64,000 nucleotides of DNA from Candidatus Beckwithbacteria bacterium CG10_big_fil_rev_8_21_14_0_10_34_10 (GCA_002773945.1 PEZT01000010.1:4028-68027); one strand, 5' to 3'. Counted from the stretch's first letter, positions 19,321 to 29,936 are shown. Program-made: numbers and translations. The notes: generated by a model not told the origin, from the letters alone.

Positions 19321-20484
19321 CTAAGCAATCCAAAACCCCCGAACAAAAAGAGCCGTATTAATAACCAGCAAAGTCCCGGAGACAACAAGAATAACTAATT
19401 TTAACCACTTGTTTTTAATCCCGTCTAAAATAAAATAAAGAGGAAAAATTAAACTTATGTATCTTGGCATAGACGATAAGTTACCTGTTAAAGTCGGTAG
19501 AAGGAAAGAACCAAAACTGTAAATTAAATATGGTTTTTTAATCTTTTTAATTACTCCCCAAATAAGCAGACCTAAAACTAACAAGGAAATAAAGAATTCT
19601 TGAGTAATAGTAAAAAACAAAGCCCCATTGCCCTTAATAGTAAACATCATTTTCAAGTACCGCCAAACAACTTGGTGAAAAAGAATTAATTTATCAGTCT
19701 GGCGGGAGGCGCCAAAGCCGCTTTGAACTTGAGCAAAAAAGAAAGGATCACTAAAGTGCTTGTTTAAATAAAAACAAAAAAGCATAAACCCGCTTATACT
19801 TAATAAGGTTAAAAATATAGACTTTAAGTATAAAATAATTTTACTTTTCTCCTTTTTTTCTCTTGATTGATAATATTCATATAAAATGGCTGGAGCGAGA
19901 AAAATTCCCACTAGCCTGGTAGCTGAGGCTAAAGAAGCGAATAAAACCGCCTTAAACCACTGCTTTTTATACAAACCCAAAAAACATAGAATTACAAAAA
20001 GAAAAAATAGTGATTCTGAATAAAGAGCCCCAAAATAAAAACTGGTTGGAAAAAGAAGTAAGGATAACAAAGTAAATTTACTCTCTTTTATCTTTTCTAA
20101 CTTAATTAACTGACGAAAATAATATAAAGCAAAAACAAAAACTAGGTTGCTAATAATTAAACCAGAATAAAGATAATTATCGAAAATTTTAGAAAACCAT
20201 CTTATTGTTAAAGGATATAAAGGGAAAAAAGCCTGAATTAAACCGGTTCCTACATAACCTTTTTCCGCAATAGTAATATAGTGAGGACCGTCAAAATTTG
20301 CCCACTGCCAAATAAACTGACTAGAAGAAAGATTTGATAGAATTGAATCCCAATAGGGAAAACTAGGCCTGAATGGCAGCCATCTTCCCGCTAAAAAGGC
20401 AACTACTAAAAGACCTATCCGCCAAACCAAAAACAACTTAACTGAAGGTAAAATATCTTTAACTAATTTTTTTACATCTTTCAT
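19321..20484 (-). CDS. PIG-V-like (GT76) polyprenol-P-mannose-type membrane glycosyltransferase
   Basis: WANFDGPHY..IA..GY, AFFPLYP, YSESLF, ATRLVG, SMPRY. ATG at 20484 (track uses TTG at 20487). Confidence 0.85.
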   Translation of the reverse strand: MKDVKKLVKDILPSVKLFLVWRIGLLVVAFLAGRWLPFRPSFPYWDSILSNLSSSQFIWQWANFDGPHYITIAEKGYVGTGLIQAFFPLYPLTIRWFSKIFDNYLYSGLIISNLVFVFALYYFRQLIKLEKIKESKFTLLSLLLFPTSFYFGALYSESLFFLFVILCFLGLYKKQWFKAVLFASLASATRLVGIFLAPAILYEYYQSREKKEKSKIILYLKSIFLTLLSISGFMLFCFYLNKHFSDPFFFAQVQSGFGASRQTDKLILFHQVVWRYLKMMFTIKGNGALFFTITQEFFISLLVLGLLIWGVIKKIKKPYLIYSFGSFLLPTLTGNLSSMPRYISLIFPLYFILDGIKNKWLKLVILVVSGTLLVINTALFVRGFWIA

Positions 20485-20495
20485 CAATTTTTTAA

Positions 20496-22244
20496 TTACT
20501 TTTTCTTTCTAGAAATTGACCAGCCCTTAACTGGTATTTTAGAAAACAATTTTATTATCCCTAAAACTAAAACTAGACTCATAACAGTTATTAAGTTTCC
20601 TATTATTCTCGCTGGAGTTCTCTCGGTAAACTTAACTACTATTTTATGTTTACCGGCTGGCACTCTTACACCTATTAAGCCCTGATTATCTGGCCTATCA
20701 TATTTTATTTCTGCTCTTTTCCCATCAATAAATACTTGCCAACCAGGAAAATAGGCAGTATGTTCCCAAATATTAGTTGCTTTGGGAACATCAACTTCAT
20801 AAATATGGCTATTAGTTTTCCAAAGCAACTCTTTAAAAACAACCAGGCCAGAATCACTGGTTAATCTTGATTTAAACTCAGAGATATTGTGTTCTGAAAA
20901 CCAACGAGGCGTATGCTCATGTTGAGTTGAAGTAGTAAAAAGAAAATCATAATAATACATATCTTGTTTTTTCTCCCATAAAAATGGTTTAGTAAACGGC
21001 TGGCAATAAACAAGAGAAACAAAAGCTAAAATAATTCCTATCCCTTTATACTTCTCGCTGACCACTACCGCTAAAACAGCCACTCCCAACATTACTACCC
21101 CTAAAAACCGCCAAGGAAACTGCAAATAGCCCAAAAGGGGGATTAACCTCCAAATAAATAAAGAAAAAGGAAGCATTAAGAAAACTCCACTTAAAAAAAC
21201 AGCTAAACCTCCTAATAAAAAAGCCAGATTTAATTTCTTGTCTTTCTTTTTTTTACCAAAAAAACGACTTAATCCCCATTTAATTAAAATCAATAACGCT
21301 AATAAAAATATTACTAAGTGAACCGGTCCTATTTGAAAAGACATTGTATCCCCATCTCCAAGAACAGAAAAACCATACTGCCATTTAGAATAAATTAATT
21401 GCTTTAAATAAACAAAGTGGTCAGGGAAAAAACTTTGCTGGTCAAAAGCCTCCAGCTTGATTGAATTTTGTTCAAAATAAGCTGGAATCCAAAAAAAGGA
21501 AGTTAATAAAAATCCCAATATTAAACCAATCAAACCTAAGTTTACAAATTTTAATTTTTCCTTCTGACCCTCCTTTTTATAAACATAAAAATAATAAAGA
21601 AAAATTAAAGGAGTAAAAAGCATTACCATAATATTGTGCGACAAAGAAAAAAGGGCAGTCACTACAACTAATCCTAAAAACCTTAACCTGGATTTTTTCT
21701 CAAATAAAAGATCAAGAAAATATAAAACCCCTGGAAACAAAGCAAAGGTTAAATTTTCCCCCACTATTCCCCTCACATAAATATCTAAAAACTGATAAGG
21801 AGCACTAAGATAGAAAATAGACCCCAGAAAGGCAGCTAAAGAAGAAAAATGCCTTTTTAACCAAAGATAGAAAAACAGACCAGAAAAAAGATAACTGGAA
21901 AAAATTATAATTTTTAGACTGTTCTCTACTCCGAATCCAACCACAATCAGAGGATAAGCTAATATGTTTGGCAGGGGATAAAGATAATTAAAAACCGGGT
22001 AGCCAAATTTGTGATTAAGATTTTTGGCCCATCGAGGCGGAATATGACTATCTTTAATAGATAAATAATAATTAGCAATCCTGGCTAAATGGTTTTCCAA
22101 ATCATGCCCCCTAAATATTCCCGGTTTAAAAAAAGCTCTAAGATTAAAAAAACAAATAACTAAAATTAGAACAATAAATAAATGCTTGATTTTAAATTTA
22201 AAGTTAATTTTAGATAAATTTAAATTAGTTAATAATTTTTTCAT
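20496..22244 (-). CDS. 'PTPS-related'/YfhO-like GT-C membrane protein (paralog 1 of 3)
   Basis: GHD..NHLAR, PPRW, GYPVFNY, YVRG..GE, QFPWRFL, C-terminal YFPGW.V.IDGK...VPAGKH. Confidence 0.82.
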   Translation of the reverse strand: MKKLLTNLNLSKINFKFKIKHLFIVLILVICFFNLRAFFKPGIFRGHDLENHLARIANYYLSIKDSHIPPRWAKNLNHKFGYPVFNYLYPLPNILAYPLIVVGFGVENSLKIIIFSSYLFSGLFFYLWLKRHFSSLAAFLGSIFYLSAPYQFLDIYVRGIVGENLTFALFPGVLYFLDLLFEKKSRLRFLGLVVVTALFSLSHNIMVMLFTPLIFLYYFYVYKKEGQKEKLKFVNLGLIGLILGFLLTSFFWIPAYFEQNSIKLEAFDQQSFFPDHFVYLKQLIYSKWQYGFSVLGDGDTMSFQIGPVHLVIFLLALLILIKWGLSRFFGKKKKDKKLNLAFLLGGLAVFLSGVFLMLPFSLFIWRLIPLLGYLQFPWRFLGVVMLGVAVLAVVVSEKYKGIGIILAFVSLVYCQPFTKPFLWEKKQDMYYYDFLFTTSTQHEHTPRWFSEHNISEFKSRLTSDSGLVVFKELLWKTNSHIYEVDVPKATNIWEHTAYFPGWQVFIDGKRAEIKYDRPDNQGLIGVRVPAGKHKIVVKFTERTPARIIGNLITVMSLVLVLGIIKLFSKIPVKGWSISRKKK

Positions 22245-23271
22245 AAATTCTCCTCGTTTCTTGGGCAGTTTTCTGCCAGGAAAATTGCTTGGACTGTTTT
22301 AAGCCTTTTTTGCTTAAACCTATTAATTTACTTTTATTATTCCATAAATCAATAATTTTTTTCTCCAATTCTCCTTTATTTTGAGGATTAAAATACTCAA
22401 CCGCTTGACCACCCACTTCAGGCAAACTGGCTTTATTAGAAGATAAAACCGGACAACCGGATTGCATTGCTTCTAAAACCGGCAAACCAAAACCTTCATA
22501 AAAAGAGGGCTGAATATACAATCTTGCCAGATTATATATTTTTACCAAATCATCTATGACTACAAATCCTAAAAGCTTAACTCTCTCTTTTAATTTAAGG
22601 TCTTTTATTAATCTTTTTATTTCTTTTAGCTCTGCTAAACTCTCATTCTCAAAAGCGCTGCCTGCTAAAACTAAATTAATATCATTAAACCTATTTTTAA
22701 CTTCTCCTAAAGCTCTAACTAATAAGCTGACATTTTTATTCCAATTCAAATCACCCACATAAAAAATAAAATTATCAGGCAGGCTATATTTCTTCCTTAT
22801 TTTTTCAAGTTTCTCCTTCTCCTTAAGTTGCCTGAATTCCTCTGAAGCAGCCAAATAAATAGAAAAAATTTTGTCCTTGGGAAAACCAATAATGTCTTCA
22901 ATATCTTTTTTTGAGTTTTCAGAGTCAGTCATGATTGCTGAAACTGATTTAACAATCCTTTTTTGGATTAACCATTTTAATTTTCCTCTTAATCCTGAAG
23001 GATAATTTTTAGAAAATTTTAAAGGAATAAGGTCGTGAATTGTCACCACTACTGGTTTCTTCCTAGGCCATGGCAAAGTGAAGAAAAAAGGGTCAAAATA
23101 TGGAAGATGAATTAAGTCAAAAGAAAATTCATCATTTTTATCTTTTTTTAAAAAATATTGATTATTTCCCTTTAATTCTTTTAAGGCTTTAAAAAGGTTT
23201 AAAGCATAAAACCCCACTCCTCTTTTTAGAGCCCCTGGATGAAGTCTTGAAATATCAAGTAGAACATTCAT
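22225..23271 (-). CDS. GT4 family glycosyltransferase (MtfB/mannosyltransferase-like)
   Basis: GVGFY, TIHDLIP, PSFYEGFGLPVLEAM..G.PV, SLPEVGG, FSWQKTA. Confidence 0.93.
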   Translation of the reverse strand: MNVLLDISRLHPGALKRGVGFYALNLFKALKELKGNNQYFLKKDKNDEFSFDLIHLPYFDPFFFTLPWPRKKPVVVTIHDLIPLKFSKNYPSGLRGKLKWLIQKRIVKSVSAIMTDSENSKKDIEDIIGFPKDKIFSIYLAASEEFRQLKEKEKLEKIRKKYSLPDNFIFYVGDLNWNKNVSLLVRALGEVKNRFNDINLVLAGSAFENESLAELKEIKRLIKDLKLKERVKLLGFVVIDDLVKIYNLARLYIQPSFYEGFGLPVLEAMQSGCPVLSSNKASLPEVGGQAVEYFNPQNKGELEKKIIDLWNNKSKLIGLSKKGLKQSKQFSWQKTAQETRRIYEKIIN

Positions 23272-24824
23272 TATTTTGAACTATACCTCTCCGTAATTAT
23301 AATTCCAAACTCCCTTTGTTCCAAAAGCAGTTTATCCTTAACTAAAGACAAATACCACCCTTCAAATCTTTCTTTAAAACTGTCTGGCTCGTAAATTACA
23401 AAAAATTCATCAGAATTTTGGTTAAATTTCACTTCAGGTAAACCTAATTTCTTAGTTTTTAGATTAAAAAGGTATTCATAGGCTGTTGGTTGATTATTCG
23501 GCGGTCTAACCCAAATCTCCTCGCCGGGATTTAAGGCACCTAAAACATAATCCACTGTCTGATTTAATTGAAAAAGAGAATAGCCCCATTCCGAAGGCTT
23601 CAGAAAAACTATTTGCCTCCCTAAATTGGCCGAGAAAAATATTCCTAAAAAAAAGGCAGCAAATATCTGGCTGTTTTTACTGCCTTGAAAAAACTTTGCC
23701 AATAAATAACTAATCATTAAGAAAAATGGCAAAAACAAAGAAACTAAGTAGTAGTCAAAAAACAAACCATAGTTCCCTTTATAAAAAAGGTAAGAAATAC
23801 CTGGTATAAAAAGCCAAAGAAATACAAGCAACAATCCCTTTTTCTCTTCTTTCCTTTTTTGCATCATAAAGATTGATCCCAACACAACAATAACCAAAAA
23901 AACCAAATCAAAAAATAAAATAGTTTGAGACTTGGCAAATCTAAGCTTAACTCCCAAACTGTCAACCAACCATCGAAAGATAAAGGCCGGTCTTGTTTTC
24001 CAAACCGCTTCTAGACTAGTTTTGTTAGCATCATTGACAAAATTATTTATAACTGCCCTAGAGATTAAATGCTCATGACGAAAGTCAAATACTATTTGAG
24101 GAAAAAAGGTAATTAAAAATAAAACCGCTGTTAGAATTATTTGTTTAATGGTTATCTTTTTAAAAACAAAAATAAAACTGTAAATCGCCACCACTAAGGC
24201 AATAAAAAAAGCATTAGCTAATTCCGTTTGCAAACTTAAACCTACCAACAGACCCACCAAAGGAAAGTATTTAGTTTCACCTTTAAAACTTTTAAATAAA
24301 AATAAAAATATAAGCAAACTCATTGGGATTAAAGGCGTAATGTTAGAAAGCTGACGAGAAAAATTAATGGCATAACTTGAAAAACAAAGTAAAAAAGCGG
24401 CTATTTTCCCTGCTTTTTCGTTAAAAAGCTCTTTTCCTAAAAGATAAATAAACCAAATGCTTAAACTGGAAAAAAAAGCCAGAAATAAAGCGGGAATAGC
24501 TGGATTCCCTCTCCCTAAAAAATAAAAAGGTAAAATTAAGTAATAAAAAAATGGGCCTAGAAAAACCCCTTGAATACCGGTAGTTGGTCCAATTAAAAAG
24601 GGCTTACCATATTCGATTAATCCTTGAATAACTAAAGCATCTCTTCCTTGATCGTAAGCAAAATGTAAATTATTACCCAAATTCCAGCCTCTTAGAAAAA
24701 ATCCTACAAACACTAAGACAAAAATATAAAGAGGTGTTTTAAACCACGACTGGTTAATCTTTTTTAAGCAGAAAAAAAACTTTTGGCTTATTTTCTCAAA
24801 TATATTTTTGTCCATTTTATCCAT
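23271..24824 (-). CDS. ArnT/PMT-like GT-C glycosyltransferase ('DQGRD' type)
   Basis: FAYDQGRD, LIGPTTG, GPFFYYL; many TMs and C-terminal soluble domain. Confidence 0.83.
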   Translation of the reverse strand: MDKMDKNIFEKISQKFFFCLKKINQSWFKTPLYIFVLVFVGFFLRGWNLGNNLHFAYDQGRDALVIQGLIEYGKPFLIGPTTGIQGVFLGPFFYYLILPFYFLGRGNPAIPALFLAFFSSLSIWFIYLLGKELFNEKAGKIAAFLLCFSSYAINFSRQLSNITPLIPMSLLIFLFLFKSFKGETKYFPLVGLLVGLSLQTELANAFFIALVVAIYSFIFVFKKITIKQIILTAVLFLITFFPQIVFDFRHEHLISRAVINNFVNDANKTSLEAVWKTRPAFIFRWLVDSLGVKLRFAKSQTILFFDLVFLVIVVLGSIFMMQKRKEEKKGLLLVFLWLFIPGISYLFYKGNYGLFFDYYLVSLFLPFFLMISYLLAKFFQGSKNSQIFAAFFLGIFFSANLGRQIVFLKPSEWGYSLFQLNQTVDYVLGALNPGEEIWVRPPNNQPTAYEYLFNLKTKKLGLPEVKFNQNSDEFFVIYEPDSFKERFEGWYLSLVKDKLLLEQREFGIIITERYSSK

Positions 24825-24833
24825 CCTGATAAA

Positions 24834-26060
24834 TTATAAACTAAAAGCGATTCTTTTTCCCAGCCCAACCGCATAATTAACTGCTCTGTCCCAGGGATAA
24901 ATTTGGCTAGTATTGGCTAAATAAAAGTTTTTTATTGGTGTTTTAAAACTGGGAATATCCTTATAGCTGTCAACTTTAAATATTGGCTGAGTAAAAGGCT
25001 CTTTAATAATCTGATAATTTTTAATCCATGAAGAATTAAAATCCTTATTAATCCTTTTTAAATAAGACACCCACTTTTTGAATATTTCCTCATCTTTTTG
25101 TTTAAATAGTTTTGACTTTCTTGAAGTATAACTGACTAAATAAAGAGGATGAAGATTTTTATAATACTTTTTACTAACTAAATTAGTATGCTGAACACAC
25201 CCCACAAAAGGAATATTATTGTCATTAATATTCATCCAATAAGCCCAATTGCTTAAGGGTTTTTTTAGGGTCAACAAAACCAAAACCGTCCCAAAATATT
25301 CAATTTTTTCTAATTTATTTTTGTACTTTTCTGGTAAATCAGAAGCCAATTTAAGAAAAGCTGGATTAGCACCAGTAAAAATAGTTTTATCAAAAGACCC
25401 TAGTTCTTTCAGGGTCTTTACCTCTTCATTTAGAATAATCTTCCCTTTATTCCTTTTTATTTCTGAAACTAGCTTATTAATAATTATTTGGAAGCCTCCT
25501 TTTGGGTAGCCTAAAAATCTGGAACGGCGGTTAACTCTGGCCCACATCCAAGTCATGGAAATAAAAGAATAAAAATTTCCAAATTTTTTAATCATCAAGG
25601 GGCGCCAAATAACTTTCCAGCTTTCTTGACCCATATATTTTTTCAGCCAGAAAGCAGCTTTTTTACCTTCGAAAAAACGGTAATCTTTATTTAGCAAAAG
25701 ATACAAAGAAGTTAAACCCGTCCTTATTCGGTTTATAAAAGAAAGGGGAGAAAATTTAAGCAAATCTACTGGAGAAGAAAAAGGATGCATTTTTCCTTGA
25801 TAGAAAATAGGGGCCCCACAATCCTTCCATAACCAAATATTATTTAACCCTAAATCATCAGTTAACTGCTGGATATGTTTATCGTCTTTAAAAATATGAT
25901 GATAAAACCTTTCTAAATACCAATCACCAGCCCTAAATCCTGAAGCCAAACCACCAGCAAATTTATCTTTTTCAAAAATGTAAACCTTATGGCCCTTTTT
26001 ACTTAGATAATAAGCGGCTGTTAAACCAGTAATACCAGCTCCAACAATGGCTATTTTCAT
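24834..26060 (-). CDS. FAD-dependent oxidoreductase (amine oxidase/protoporphyrinogen oxidase/mutase superfamily)
   Basis: Rossmann motif IAIVGAGITGLTAAYYL...FEK...GGLA, ERFYHHIF, YPKGG, IYPWDR. Confidence 0.87.
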   Translation of the reverse strand: MKIAIVGAGITGLTAAYYLSKKGHKVYIFEKDKFAGGLASGFRAGDWYLERFYHHIFKDDKHIQQLTDDLGLNNIWLWKDCGAPIFYQGKMHPFSSPVDLLKFSPLSFINRIRTGLTSLYLLLNKDYRFFEGKKAAFWLKKYMGQESWKVIWRPLMIKKFGNFYSFISMTWMWARVNRRSRFLGYPKGGFQIIINKLVSEIKRNKGKIILNEEVKTLKELGSFDKTIFTGANPAFLKLASDLPEKYKNKLEKIEYFGTVLVLLTLKKPLSNWAYWMNINDNNIPFVGCVQHTNLVSKKYYKNLHPLYLVSYTSRKSKLFKQKDEEIFKKWVSYLKRINKDFNSSWIKNYQIIKEPFTQPIFKVDSYKDIPSFKTPIKNFYLANTSQIYPWDRAVNYAVGLGKRIAFSL

Positions 26061-26065
26061 TTTGA

Positions 26066-26845
26066 TTATTTAGTTTTCTTTCTGTCTAAATTCAAGTATT
26101 TAAAAAAAGCGAGGGGAAAGTGTAAGCTAGAAAAAAGGGCAAATAGAAAACCATAAATTCCATCAACAAAACCCTTGTGTCTAATAAAAAGAGAAAAAAA
26201 TGTAAAAATTGGTTTTACCAATAAATAGTCTCCGGCTTTAAGTAATTTATTGTCCCTCTTTTCAAGTAATTTTAAAGCAGTTTCCAAAGTGTAAATATTA
26301 GCTTTTTTTAAGTAAGAAGCTAGGTTTGGAGAAGCTAAATGAATTAAGGGATTTTTTAAATAATCTACTTCTCCTTCAACTCTAATCTGTTCATGAACCG
26401 TTTTACAGGGAAAGCTGGCTTTTCCTTTTTTAACCAAGCGAATAACATAATCAGGATATTGACCTCCCTTTTTCAACCACCTTCCAAAAAAATAGTTTTT
26501 TCTAGGAATATAATAGCCGTTAATATTCTCAATTCCCCCACTAATCTTTGTTTTTATTTCTTTTCCTAGTTCCTGACTCACTCTTTCATCAGCATCCAAC
26601 TGTAATATCCAAGAACCTGAAGCTTTTTCTAAAGCCATTTGTTTATTTTTATGAAACATTAACTTGTTAGAAGTTTTTATTATTCTCGCTCCTAGGTTCC
26701 TGGCAATTTCCCTGGTTTTGTCAGTTGAAGAACCATCAATAATTACTATTTCATTGGCCAGATCTTCAATTGAACTAAGACAATCCTTAATATTTTTTTC
26801 TTCATTGTGGGTAGCTAAAACAACTGAAAGTTTATTTTTTCTCAT
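26066..26845 (-). CDS. GT2 beta-1,4-glucosyltransferase-like (WaaE/KdtX type)
   Basis: NEEKNI..CL, WILQLDADE, PRKNYFFG, YPDY..RL, VHE, KGFVDG..G. Confidence 0.9.
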   Translation of the reverse strand: MRKNKLSVVLATHNEEKNIKDCLSSIEDLANEIVIIDGSSTDKTREIARNLGARIIKTSNKLMFHKNKQMALEKASGSWILQLDADERVSQELGKEIKTKISGGIENINGYYIPRKNYFFGRWLKKGGQYPDYVIRLVKKGKASFPCKTVHEQIRVEGEVDYLKNPLIHLASPNLASYLKKANIYTLETALKLLEKRDNKLLKAGDYLLVKPIFTFFSLFIRHKGFVDGIYGFLFALFSSLHFPLAFFKYLNLDRKKTK

Positions 26846-26855
26846 CTTTTATTAA

Positions 26856-27539
26856 TCACCAATTAAAAAACCTATATTTTAGCAAGAAAAAAATGGCTTT
26901 AATTCCATCCAGCCAGGTTATTTTTTTTCCTTCATCATATTCTCTCCCAGAGTAAGAAATGGGAACTTCATAAATTCGCTTCTTTTTTCTAAGTATTTTA
27001 GCCGTTACCTCTGGTTCAAAACCAAAACAATTTTCTTTTAAATCTAGGGACAATAATAGTTTTCTAGGGATTACTTTATAGCCTACTTCCATATCAGAAA
27101 GCGTGGTGTTAAAAAGAACATTAGTACTAAAAGAAAGGAATTTATTTCCCAACATGTGCCAAAAAAACATATTTCTTCTTTCCCCCAAAAAACGAGAACC
27201 ATAAACCACCTCAGTTTTTTCTTCTAAAATCGGCTTTAAAAGCTTTTTATAATCTCTAGGATCATATTCTAAATCTGCATCCTGAATTAAGATATAATCA
27301 CCGGTAGCCGTTTTTATTCCCTGACGAATAGCATAACCTTTGCCTTGATTTTTCTCATAATCAACCAGTTTTATGCCTGGCATTTTCTTTAAAATATTTT
27401 TAGTTTTATCAGTTGATCCATCATTAACTATAATAATCTCTTTTTCTACTTCATTAATTTTTTCTTTTTTAACTCGCTTAATAATTTCTTCAATAGTATT
27501 TTCCTCATTAAAACTAGGAATAATAATGGAAAGCTTCAT
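26856..27539 (-). CDS. GT2 polyprenol-phosphate sugar synthase-like (DPM1-like)
   Basis: [48 protein letters not shown]. Start moved from 27605 to the ATG at 27539 (ATGA overlap). Confidence 0.92.
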   Translation of the reverse strand: MKLSIIIPSFNEENTIEEIIKRVKKEKINEVEKEIIIVNDGSTDKTKNILKKMPGIKLVDYEKNQGKGYAIRQGIKTATGDYILIQDADLEYDPRDYKKLLKPILEEKTEVVYGSRFLGERRNMFFWHMLGNKFLSFSTNVLFNTTLSDMEVGYKVIPRKLLLSLDLKENCFGFEPEVTAKILRKKKRIYEVPISYSGREYDEGKKITWLDGIKAIFFLLKYRFFNW

Positions 27540-28387
27540 TTTAAATAATCTCCTTTTATTTCTGGCTTTTCCGCTACACAACAAATACAAGCAGAGTAAA
27601 ACCACCTCATCTTAAAAACATTATACAATAATTTTAGTCTTTGTCCTGGTCTGGTTAAAACAAAGTCTGCCTGGGAGTTTTTTCTAAATTGAGGAAAGTC
27701 TAACCATAAACCAATACTTTTTTGGGGATGTGAATCATCTTTATAAAAACATTCCCTGATATCAAAACCAGCCCTTCTAATAAAACCAATCAATTCTCTT
27801 CTGGAATAATGATGTTCATAAAAATTCATCTTTGTCATTTTCCTTTTTTCCTTTAATCCCAAGCCCTCAAATAATATTCTTAAGGGAGTTTTTAAAACAA
27901 CCTTCAGCTGATAAAGTGTTTGCAAAATAATTCTCTGCCAATTATTATAGGGAACTTCAATAATTGCTGTTCCTCTATCCTTTAACACCCTATATGCTTC
28001 CTTTAATACTGTTTCTGGCCCTTTTTCAAAATGCTCAATCACCCCCAAGGAAATGTAAGCATCAAAGCTATTATTTTTAAAAGGTAGTTTTTTAACATCA
28101 GCTAAATTAATCTTTATTAATGGAAAAAGCTTTTTCAACTTTAGGATTGCATATTTATTATTATCAACCCCAGTTATATTAAACCCTTTTTTGGTGAAAT
28201 AAATTACCCATTTACCTAAACCACAGCCGGCCTCTACTATTCGCTGTTTTTTTTGAAGATATTTTTCAAAGATGGGCAGCAAACCATCACTCTTACATAA
28301 TTCCAACTCCTTCTTATAGTTAGATTTCTGCCAATAACTTTTCCAGAGATTATTCTTAGAAACTGGAACAAAAACCTTGTAAGCCAT
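27536..28387 (-). CDS. class I SAM-dependent methyltransferase
   Basis: [36 protein letters not shown]. Confidence 0.9.
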   Translation of the reverse strand: MAYKVFVPVSKNNLWKSYWQKSNYKKELELCKSDGLLPIFEKYLQKKQRIVEAGCGLGKWVIYFTKKGFNITGVDNNKYAILKLKKLFPLIKINLADVKKLPFKNNSFDAYISLGVIEHFEKGPETVLKEAYRVLKDRGTAIIEVPYNNWQRIILQTLYQLKVVLKTPLRILFEGLGLKEKRKMTKMNFYEHHYSRRELIGFIRRAGFDIRECFYKDDSHPQKSIGLWLDFPQFRKNSQADFVLTRPGQRLKLLYNVFKMRWFYSACICCVAEKPEIKGDYLK

Positions 28388-29193
28388 TAATATTCTTCTT
28401 TTTCTAATAACTGGCTATCAAGTTTTTTATATATCTTTTCCATTGACTCTTTCTTCTGCAACTGCCAAAGCTTGACGTAAATAATAAAAGCGTTAAAAAC
28501 TTGATAAACCACAGCAATAAAACCTTCCATCCCTTCCGTCAACCCCTGTTTAATTATTCCCCGCTGCCAAAATTCTCGGAAACCAGCAGTTATAAAATTC
28601 CACCATTTGACTTTTGAATGATTGGCTTGAAAAAGCAAAGCAGCTTCAAGATCAGTATAATTAATTGTTTTCCTAAGACACCAATTAATTCCCCTGTGAG
28701 TTAAATGAATTATGGATCCTTTAAGTTTACCCATTTTACCTTTTATTTTAGGATACTCATGGAGTTTTCCCTGCCATTTGATTAACTCATTTTTATTAAT
28801 TAATCTTGTTTGTAAATCTGGATACCAACCACCCTTTCTTAAGAATTTTCCCAAAATATAATTCTGGCGCTTAACTTGAAAAGCAAAAATATTTTTAGAC
28901 GGCCTTAAGTTATCGATTTCTTTTTTTAAAGACCTTGTCATCCTTTCATCAGCATCAAGATAAAAAATCCAATCAGAAGTAGCTTTTTTAGCGGCAAAGT
29001 TTCTTTGGGAAGAAAAACCTTGCCATTTGTTATGAAAAACCTTGCTCTTATAAAGTCGACAGATTTCCAGGGTTTTATCAATACTGCCACCATCAATAAT
29101 AACAATTTCACCAGCCCAACCACTAACTGACTTTAAACAATTAGTAATAAAGTTTTCATTATTTTGAGTTAAAATTAAAACGCTAACTTTCAT
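28387..29193 (-). CDS. GT2 beta-1,4-glucosyltransferase-like (WaaE/KdtX type)
   Basis: IDGGSID, FSSQRN, WIFYLDADE, GGWYPD, LHE. Confidence 0.9.
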   Translation of the reverse strand: MKVSVLILTQNNENFITNCLKSVSGWAGEIVIIDGGSIDKTLEICRLYKSKVFHNKWQGFSSQRNFAAKKATSDWIFYLDADERMTRSLKKEIDNLRPSKNIFAFQVKRQNYILGKFLRKGGWYPDLQTRLINKNELIKWQGKLHEYPKIKGKMGKLKGSIIHLTHRGINWCLRKTINYTDLEAALLFQANHSKVKWWNFITAGFREFWQRGIIKQGLTEGMEGFIAVVYQVFNAFIIYVKLWQLQKKESMEKIYKKLDSQLLEKEEY

Positions 29194-29936
29194 TTTTTAA
29201 ACAATCTCCCCTCTTTATTAAAAACATATAGAAATAAAGTCCATATAATTCCTAAGCCGTATTTAACTGAATTCCAAAAACTGGCTGAAGAAGCTTCGGG
29301 AAAATAGCGGACTGGAACGGGAATTTCACCTACTTTAAAATTATTAGCCACGGCTGAAATTAAAATCTCCTGATCAAAAACAAAACTATTAGACATTCTC
29401 ATAAAAGGAATTTTTTCTAAAGCTTTAGCTGAGTAAGCCCTAAATCCGGTATGATATTCAGATAAAGTCAAACCTAAAACCACATTCTCTAAAATTGTTA
29501 AAAAACGATTAGGAAAATATTTCCAACTAGGCATGCCTCCGTCAAAAGCTTCTTGCCGAGAACGAATCCTTGAACCCAGCATAATGTCAGCCCTGCCTTT
29601 AGTAATCGGATAAATTAACTCCCTGGTTAAAGTGGCATCATACTGATAATCAGGATGAATCATAACCACAATGTCTGGCTTTCTTTTTAAAGCCTCCCAA
29701 TAGCAAGTTTTTTGATTTCCCCCGTAACCTAAATTAGAAGAATGAAGAAAAACTTTTAACTTAAGCTTCTTAGCTATTCTAACCGTTTTGTCAGAAGAAC
29801 CATCATCAACTAAAATAACCTCATTAACCAAATCTTTTGGGATATCATTATATGTTTTTTCTAAGGTTTTAGCCGCGTTATAAGCCGGCATAATAACAAC
29901 TACTTTTGGTTTTTTTTTACCTTTTAATTCTGGCAT
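29190..29936 (-). CDS. GT2 polyprenol-phosphate sugar synthase-like (DPM1-like)
   Basis: MPAYNA, NLGYGGNQKTCY, HPDYQY, LGSR, EYHTGFRAY, FVFD, EIPVP.RY. Confidence 0.9.
   Translation of the reverse strand: MPELKGKKKPKVVVIMPAYNAAKTLEKTYNDIPKDLVNEVILVDDGSSDKTVRIAKKLKLKVFLHSSNLGYGGNQKTCYWEALKRKPDIVVMIHPDYQYDATLTRELIYPITKGRADIMLGSRIRSRQEAFDGGMPSWKYFPNRFLTILENVVLGLTLSEYHTGFRAYSAKALEKIPFMRMSNSFVFDQEILISAVANNFKVGEIPVPVRYFPEASSASFWNSVKYGLGIIWTLFLYVFNKEGRLFKK

Noticed and set aside
24834-26060. Protoporphyrinogen oxidase (hemY) call
   Set aside because: Only the FAD-binding fold is shared; there are no haem genes nearby and the context is purely glycosylation.
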